The notes under the pieces were generated by a model. That model did no database searches and was not told the DNA's origin. It was given only the letters and a program-made list of their open reading frames with translations. Shown piece by piece: positions 57,491 through 64,000 of a DNA stretch of 64,000 nt. The translations under genes were made by a program, and so were the position numbers. The DNA comes from Naegleria gruberi (taxonomy: Eukaryota). Numbering within the stretch: position 1 is the first letter of the stretch; each line of letters starts with the position of its first letter. The DNA lies in NCBI GenBank assembly GCA_000004985.1, contig GG738864.1; one strand, written 5' to 3'.

Positions 57491-58303
57491 ATGGATTTCA
57501 AAAGCATCAAATTCATAATTGAAATTGTAAAAAAAATGAAAACAAATCAAAAGAAGAATTTATCATCAAAGAGTAATAATAATAATAATTCAAGGAATCC
57601 TTCATCGTCAACATCAGAAACCAGTAGTAGTGATAATTTTATAGTTACTAAACAATCATCACTTTGTATATTAATTCCGAATAATCATGATGATGATAAT
57701 TATGATGAAAGTAGTTCCGGATCAAACTCTTCACTTTTTGATCATGTACAACATATTAGACAGGAGAATGATAAGAGTTTCAACCGATGGGCTCCACATT
57801 TGAATTTAATGTATCCGTTTGTACATAAGAAGAGTTTTTTCAAGGCCAAACAATTAATTGAGCAAGTTATTATTGAGAAGGAACAAGTGAAGAGTTTTGA
57901 GATTGATTTTCCACCTCATCATGTCTATTGCAGACAATTTTCAAAGTTTGTGTTGGCAAGTCCAACAGATGAAAAGCAACTGGAAATATTGCAGAAAATT
58001 TATGCCATGCTGAAGGAGATTTTCCCACAATGTGCTGCAACTGGTGCTTTGGAGGAAGGTGAAGGAAAGAATGGGAATGTGGAAGAAAAGTTTCATCCCC
58101 ATTTAACACTTGGTCAATTATCAAATTCAAATTTAGCAAACGTGAAAAAAACAAGGAATAATAATTCAACCACTAATGAATTTGAGAAGATTAAGAATGA
58201 ATGGCAGGGAGGAAAGTTTAAAGTATGTGAATTGGTTTTCATGTGGAGAGAATCTCTTGAGGAACCATTTCATGTCACTGAAAGAATACCTTTAACCATT
58301 TAA
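57491..58303 (+). CDS. Hypothetical protein (270 aa), possibly a 2H-phosphoesterase-like fold
   Basis: ATG at 57491 with an Asn/Ser-rich N-terminus. Two His-x-(Thr/Asn)-x-like motifs (APHLNLMY and HPHLTLGQL) sit about 100 aa apart, as in LigT/2H phosphoesterases. The first motif is non-canonical. Confidence 0.35.
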   Translation: MDFKSIKFIIEIVKKMKTNQKKNLSSKSNNNNNSRNPSSSTSETSSSDNFIVTKQSSLCILIPNNHDDDNYDESSSGSNSSLFDHVQHIRQENDKSFNRWAPHLNLMYPFVHKKSFFKAKQLIEQVIIEKEQVKSFEIDFPPHHVYCRQFSKFVLASPTDEKQLEILQKIYAMLKEIFPQCAATGALEEGEGKNGNVEEKFHPHLTLGQLSNSNLANVKKTRNNNSTTNEFEKIKNEWQGGKFKVCELVFMWRESLEEPFHVTERIPLTI

Positions 58304-58444
58304 GCTATTGAAATTTGTGTTAACAATTATTCTAATATGAAGAAAATTCCACAAAACCTCTAATGATTTCAGAGTTAAACTATTTGATGAATTTGTTCAC
58401 CTCAAATTCAAACATTCCTTCTAGTTGTCGAACAGTAATTTATT

Positions 58445-59335
58445 CTAATCAATATTAATCACTTGAAGAGCATCAAATGAAGTATCAACATTTTCCTCTT
58501 CTTCCAATTCTTTCATTAACAATTGCATAAACAAGTCAGTCTTACCAAAAATTCTGACAGTTGCCAATCTATCATATTCAGTTTTCTGTAAATTTACAAT
58601 ACACATCATTCCCTTATTATCTAGAACTTCAAGTGGGAATTCACAACTAGGGGTAACTTTCATACTTGTTCCAAGAACCAATGCAAAATCACCCTTCTTT
58701 GAATGATCCATTGCTTGATCAAAATCCTTCTCAGGCAAATCTTCATCAAAGTGAATTATATTATCTTTAAGTCTGCCACCACATTCACACTTTCTTCCAG
58801 TAAAGTGCTTGGTCCAATCCTTTTCATTCTTACTAACATCAAATCCTCTCAAATATTCCTTTTCACACTTGTTACAATATTCAACATAACAATTTCCGTG
58901 TAATTCAGCAAGCTTATCTCTAGGTAATCCAGATCTTCTATGAAGACCATCCACATTGGTCGATACGACATACTTTACATAATCCTTCTTGACCAAATGT
59001 GTGATGGCATAGTGACAATAGGTAGGAACAGCTTGCTCAATTTCCACACCTTCATATTCCTCAACACCATATTCCATTGCAGTCCAAACTCCTTTCGGCC
59101 CACGATAATCACTCAATTGTGCACTTGTTGAAATACCAGCTCCAGTATAAATCACTACATGTTTGGCTTCTTTCAAATAATTGGCCAGTTTTTTGACTTT
59201 TCTCTTGATGGATGTTTCACTCTCTTCGTGTTCTTTCAATGAAGCTGGAAGTTCTTTTGGTTTGGCTGGTTCTGATGCTTTTTCGGAGGTTGTTTGGGAT
59301 GAGGATTTGCTCTTCTTTTTGGATTGCTTTGGCAT
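58445..59335 (-). CDS. Class IV sirtuin (SIRT6/SIRT7-like NAD-dependent deacylase), 296 aa
   Basis: ATG at 59335 and a single exon. The NAD-binding motif is GAGISTSAQLSDYRGPKGVWT. The catalytic His context is LHGNCYVEYC. The zinc ribbon is CNKCEKEY...CECGGRL. The N-terminus is Lys/Ser-rich. Confidence 0.8.
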   Translation of the reverse strand: MPKQSKKKSKSSSQTTSEKASEPAKPKELPASLKEHEESETSIKRKVKKLANYLKEAKHVVIYTGAGISTSAQLSDYRGPKGVWTAMEYGVEEYEGVEIEQAVPTYCHYAITHLVKKDYVKYVVSTNVDGLHRRSGLPRDKLAELHGNCYVEYCNKCEKEYLRGFDVSKNEKDWTKHFTGRKCECGGRLKDNIIHFDEDLPEKDFDQAMDHSKKGDFALVLGTSMKVTPSCEFPLEVLDNKGMMCIVNLQKTEYDRLATVRIFGKTDLFMQLLMKELEEEENVDTSFDALQVINID

Positions 59336-59557
59336 GTTGTGAGAGGATATTTAAGCTTAGTAGATAGTAGGTATTTTTTTGAATGAATGAATTAGATGTG
59401 AAAATTTGATGACGATTCTTAAAGAGGAAAAATCTGTAACGAAAATATTCGTCATTTTCAAAGTTCTTAATTTTCTCCTCTATTTTTATCAGCAAGGTTC
59501 ACCTTTTGTTTAAGGCTGATGTGTTTAAACAACTGGTTTTAAAGATTTAGGTCGTAA

Positions 59558-59629
59558 AGCAAATTGGCGCAGCGGAAGCGCGATGGGCTCATAACCCATA
59601 GGTCCTAGGATCGAAACCTAGATTTGCTA
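59558..59629 (+). tRNA. Initiator-type tRNA-Met (anticodon CAU)
   Basis: The sequence is agcaaattggcgcagcggaagcgcgatgggctCATaacccataggtcctaggatcgaaacctagatttgcta. It has an A1:U72 pair, an AUCGAAA T-loop and three G-C pairs in the anticodon stem. These are hallmarks of eukaryotic initiator tRNA. A TTTTTTT terminator follows. Confidence 0.85.
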
Positions 59630-59748
59630 ACTATTTTTTTATGAATGTTTATTTTGTTATTTACAATTCCAACTCAATTTTGTTGGAATTACTGTTTCTG
59701 AAAGATCGATAGATCTGTCATATATATTTGGGGTTTGAACTGTTCAAA

Positions 59749-60951
59749 TTAATAGACAGCTTCTCCAGCATAAACTTGATTCTCAATTCCACCCTCTCCT
59801 TGAGCAATTTTGAAATATCCAGACATTCCCCAATTTGGACCCCATGAATTGGCAGCTAACCAATAATTAGAACCTCCCTCAACTCCAAATCCAATTAAGG
59901 CAACAGCATGTCCACCAAGAACTGTGCTTACAACGTGTTTATAGACTCCTGACTTGTATCTAGAAAAACAAATTAGTATATATGAAACAAATTAAACTCA
60001 CCCTGTAAGATCCCTGTAGACTGTGAAACCAGCTTGTACGCTGCCATATGTCATGATTGCAGTCTTGATATTATTGATACCTGTAATGTAACGAGTATTT
60101 TTGGCCTTATACTTGCTCATGGACATGGAAGCAATCTTGCATTGAGTTGGACAAGTTCCAGAGGAGAAGGTTCCTCTTCCACTAGCATATGGAATACAAG
60201 TATCGAGAGGTGTTCCAGTATTTTCCAAAAATGTCCAAGAATATTTCAAATAACCTCCTTGACAGGCCTTATTCATTGTATCGCATTGTACTTGGTATTC
60301 TGGTGAGAGGACAACATTGGTTTGACCATTGGTGGCAATGCACAATCTATGAGCCAATACATAATTTGCAGAACTATCATAAATATTACCAAAAAAAGGA
60401 AAATTGTGTCGAATGAAATTATAAGTTGAAATTAATAAAATCAAATTGTAAAACTTACAAAGCCCAACAAGCACCACATGTTTGTTGATCTCTAATTGCT
60501 GGAACACACCCTCTCCATTGAGTTCTTGCATCAAAATTCATGGGTATATCCATTCTAGTTTCAATATTTTCCATTCTTGGAGTGTCTTCATCAGTGCTCA
60601 TCAATGAAAGACCAAATAGATTATCTCTAAGTTGTGAAATGGTCATGTTATCAAATCTAGAGTATTCAGTTGCCTTCCATCCATGAGTATGATTGGAATT
60701 AATTCTGTCAATCAAAGATTTGTCATTGACAGGAGTGTTGGCATGAGTGTGGTTGGCAATTGGATGAGTTGGATGAACAGGATGAGTGCTATTGTGCTTT
60801 GGTGGTAATGGTTTCTTTTTGTTTCCTTGGAAAGTTCAATTGGAGTGACCATTGTCAAAAAAACCAAACAGACAATACAACTGAGAATAAGGACAGTATT
60901 AGAAGAGTTTCTTCTAGTAGTAGCAAATGATTTGTTTGAATTGTTATTCAT
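59749..60951 (-). CDS. Cathepsin B-like papain-family cysteine protease with a His/Thr/Pro-rich propeptide insert
   Basis: Exons are 60951..60850 (signal peptide MNNNSNKSF...[15 protein letters not shown]), 60796..60459, 60373..60002 and 59959..59749. Introns are 60849..60797 (weak GTCACT donor), 60458..60374 (GTAAGT) and 60001..59960 (GTGAGT, tactaat branch). The propeptide and catalytic blocks are [10 protein letters not shown] ... [26 protein letters not shown], ...CQGGY..., ...[11 protein letters not shown]... and [15 protein letters not shown]. Confidence 0.75.
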
Positions 60952-61270
60952 TTTGTTTTTTTTGTTATTGATTCAAACATTCACAATTTGATTTCCACTA
61001 TTTATTCGAAACTTAAAAGACCGCAAGAGATAATGAAAATAACAATGAAAAACACACTCATCATCCACGAGAAGATATTATCGGACCAAATGGGAATGGT
61101 TTTCTCTTGTGGAAAGAGGTGGAAACTCTTCATTATGTGGAGAGATACTGTTTGGTCCCAAATTGTTCATCAGATAACATTCCAATAAAGAAAACCATTT
61201 TCCAAATAACAAGATTCAGATAACAAATCATTACATATCAACAATATTCAATTAAATGTTAAACATCAGC

Positions 61271-61777
61271 TTACAATGCATCTGTCAGTCTTCTACAGTG
61301 CAAAACTGTAAATCATTCAACACTTTTGACAAGTCAAAAAACTGTAAATTTCCAACTTTTTCAAAAATATCAAAATCTTTCTTAATATCTTTGTAAATTT
61401 TCAAATTGATAAAACCATGGTGTCAACATACCTGACTGGGAACTGAAAATCAACCAACAAGACAGTTGTACAAGTCTAAAAGGTTTGGCTGGAAATTGTT
61501 AGAGGATAATGTTCTTTCTCAAGTTGTTGTTGCACCAATAGTGAAATCCTGAGTCGGAAAACAACCAAAAGGTGAAGAGAGGTACATCATCTTTACAGTA
61601 ATTTGGTTTTTTGTTTGGTGGGGTTATTGATTGAAAAACATTTCAATAAATACCAAATTGTTAGTTTACAATGCTTCTGTCAATATTCAACTCTTTGAAA
61701 ACAACAAATCTTGAGCTTTCTCCAAAATATCAAAGTCGTTCCTTAATGTCTTTGTAAATTTTCAAATTGATCAACTC
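61271..61777. repeat. Two diverged direct copies (about 145 and 112 bp) of a segment, about 390 bp apart, upstream of the uL10-like gene
   Basis: Copy 1 is 61271-61416 (ttacaatgcatctgtcagtcttc ... ttcttaatatctttgtaaattttcaaattgataaaacc). Copy 2 is 61666-61777 (ttacaatgcttctgtcaatattc ... tccttaatgtctttgtaaattttcaaattgatcaactc). Confidence 0.4.
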
Positions 61778-61827
61778 ATCAAAATGAACTTCAATCTCGA
61801 AATTTAAAAAAGTTCCCCTAAAAAAAA

Positions 61828-62732
61828 ATGTCAAAACAAAACTTGTGCTCCCAACCAATCTGTTATCAATTCCACCACGAAAATTCAAACTTGATCGCCG
61901 TTCGGAATATTATACGGAAGATCGTGCTCTGATGAAACAATATCAAATGTTGAATTTTAAAGAGTTGTATGAGAGGTTTGAGAGGATTATTATTATTGGT
62001 ACGGAATTGGTTATAGGAGAAATATTATCAGATGTTAGATATTTGGTTAGTGAGGAATATGAATCAGAGTTGTTTATGGGAAAGAATTCGGTTGTGATCA
62101 AGATGATCAGGGAAATGGTGCCACAATTGGTTGATAAAGAGGAGAGAGAAAATTTGAAACAGTTGGAGAAATTATTGGTTGGACAAGTTACACTTCTCTT
62201 TACGAATAGAGATCCTTTGGAAATGATTAAAGTGGTAGAGTCAAAATCATGTAGTAGAGTATGTGCTGTAGGCGAATTGGTCCGTGAAGATGTAAACATG
62301 TATGAAGGAGATACTGGACTGGAGCCTCACAAGACTCAATACTTTCAAGCGTGTAATATTCCAACCAGAATTCAGAGAGGTCAAATACAAATAATGCGTA
62401 CAGTGTTATTTTTGAAAAAGGGTACAAGAGTCACCCCAAGTGATGTCGCGTTAATCAGGATAATGAATATGAGACCATTTAAGAATAGTTGCATTGCAAA
62501 GTATGTTTTCGAAAGAAAGGACCACTGTGTTTACAAAACTGATCTGTTGAGACATGATTTAAATCCATCCGTTTATGAAGCTATGAATGATTTAGGCTCT
62601 TTAAGTTTGGAATGTAATTTACTTAATCAATTGACAATAATTGCTGAACTCAAGAAGAGTATTCAAAATATCATGATAGTTGAAAACTATGTAGAAGAGG
62701 AAAGTGAAAATAATTTATTCGAATTGGATTAA
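61828..62732 (+). CDS. Divergent ribosomal protein uL10-family protein (P0/Mrt4-like). The 5' exon structure is uncertain.
   Basis: The body ORF runs 61845..62732 from a GTG start. It has MGKNSVVIKMI and GLEPHKTQYFQACNIPTRIQRGQIQIMRTVLFLKKGTRVTPSDVALIRIMNMRPF blocks that align with the uL10 / P0 / Mrt4 core. An ATG at 61828 (MSKQN) lies in another frame, so a short first exon plus an intron is likely. Confidence 0.5.
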
Positions 62733-62748
62733 ATTGGATTTGTATAAT

Positions 62749-64000
62749 TTATGGCTTTATGTTGTGATTTCTTTTTAGTAAATTACTGGGATCATACTTT
62801 CGTTTCAGTTGAACCAATTTCTCATAATTTTCCTTATAATATTCAATGGTATTACAATCTACAGCCCCACTTGTATTCACATATCCACTAACATTACATG
62901 AAAAATTGCAAAGTCCAGAATAAAATTGAGAATCGGCCCAATTTTTAAAGACTGATATGTCCGTATTGTTTTCCCAACTTCCAATACTGTGAATCTCATA
63001 AATAGCATCTCTTTGTACATAAGCTGTATCTTGTTTTGATTTTCTGGAGATTTCACCTCCCAAATGCATGACTTCAATGTTGGTGGTATATGGAGCTGTT
63101 TTGATACATTCCAACAAGTGGTTGATAGCTTGCTTTTGAATTGGCTCATTGAAGAATAGAGTTTTCCAATAATACTTTTTGCCGTGGCTATTTCCAATAT
63201 CAAACTTTTGTTGTAGCTCCACATAGTCATCACAAAAAGAAGTCAATAAGGGTTCCATTTCAAATAACTTTCCAATAATATTTTCGGTATAGAAATTATA
63301 TGAAACTTGATCCTTTTCATTTTCTGTGACATCTCCTTCATGAAATAAGGACATGATTATAATTTGATCCTTGGCAATAAACAAGTACAATGTAATATTG
63401 TCAGGAATTTTTGGTTGTGTCTCACTAAAAGGATTTGTCATGACGAAATAAGTTTCCACAACTTTTGTTGCATTCTCAAATGGATACACAAAAATTCCAT
63501 GATCCATTTTAGTTAATTTTCTTGTCTTGAATGTGAATTCAGTACAAATTCCAAAATTTCCTCCGCCTCCTCTGAGTCCAAACATGAGCTCATCTTTTTC
63601 ATTCACTTCCACAATTGTTTCCTCCTCCACTGATACCATTCGAACTGAAACTAAACTATCACATGTTAATCCATAAGCTCTACTCAGCCATCCTATTCCT
63701 CCACCTTTTTTTCATTTAATCATTATTGGTACAATTGGTTAATATGCAAGATCAGAACACTCACCTAATGTCAATCCAGCCACACCTGTATGACTCACCA
63801 TTCCACCAACAACATATCTATTCTCTTTAGAACATTCCCTATCAACATCTCCCCACAATGCTCCAGCTTGGACTCTTATCAATTTCTCATCATTGTTCAC
63901 AACAAATTTAGCATCATTCATCTTGGACATATCAATCATCATGCCATCATTACACGAAGCAAAGCCACACACATTATGTCCACCTCCTCTGATACTCAAC
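62749..64000 (-). CDS. FAD-linked oxidoreductase of the BBE / berberine-bridge-enzyme-like family. The 5' end is beyond the window.
   Basis: Exons are >64000..63765 and 63704..62749, with an intron 63764..63705 (GTGAGT...gaaaaaaag). The PCMH-type FAD-binding motifs are IRGGGHN and LRGGGGNFG. The C-terminal BBE signature is SGYVNTSGAVD...YDPSNLLKRNHNI. Confidence 0.7.

Noticed and set aside
1-64000. Prokaryotic-style systems (operons, CRISPR arrays, toxin-antitoxin or defence islands)
   Set aside because: The window is eukaryotic. It has spliceosomal introns with GT-AG boundaries, eukaryote-type tRNAs and 5S with Pol III terminators, signal-peptide and GPI proteins, and no direct-repeat/spacer arrays.

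Overview
This window looks like AT-rich, gene-dense eukaryotic nuclear DNA that uses the standard genetic code. I could not assign a lineage. The organism appears to be a protist or an early-diverging fungus-like eukaryote.

Spliceosomal introns are short (41-144 nt). Donors are GTAAGT, GTATGT or GTGAGT, acceptors are yAG, and some introns carry a ctaat-like branch site. Many of the M starts in the supplied ORF track are actually TTG or GTG codons, so I re-derived start codons and exon junctions by hand.

I count about 30 protein-coding genes. They include an MBOAT acyltransferase, a serine racemase-like PLP enzyme, a DUF4116 repeat protein, a two-TM receptor with a degenerate class III cyclase domain, a CEMIP/TMEM2-like G8 protein, a GBA2 glucosylceramidase, an NmrA-like reductase, a Rho-like pseudo-GTPase, an Ank-TM-RING E3, a tandem HMG-box protein, an EF-hand protein, a B-lectin/EGF GPI protein, a class IV sirtuin, a cathepsin B-like protease, a uL10-family protein and a BBE-like FAD oxidase.

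The most prominent feature is a tandem cluster of three paralogous, very large NHL beta-propeller + EGF-repeat receptor Ser/Thr (TKL-type) kinases on the minus strand (10.8-29.0 kb).

RNA genes are tRNA-Glu(UUC), tRNA-Lys(CUU), an initiator-type tRNA-Met, two intact dispersed 5S rRNA genes in opposite orientations and one truncated 5S pseudogene.

Other items of interest:
- A conserved 74-nt element sits in inverted copies beside both intact 5S genes, and a fragment of its flank sits beside the 5S pseudogene. It could be a small RNA gene or a SINE-like repeat.
- A 1.2 kb element bounded by terminal inverted repeats has possible TA target-site duplications.
- A polyubiquitin locus is degenerate.
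- A secreted protein is extraordinarily Lys/Cys-rich.

I found no prokaryotic features: no operons, no CRISPR arrays, no defence islands.
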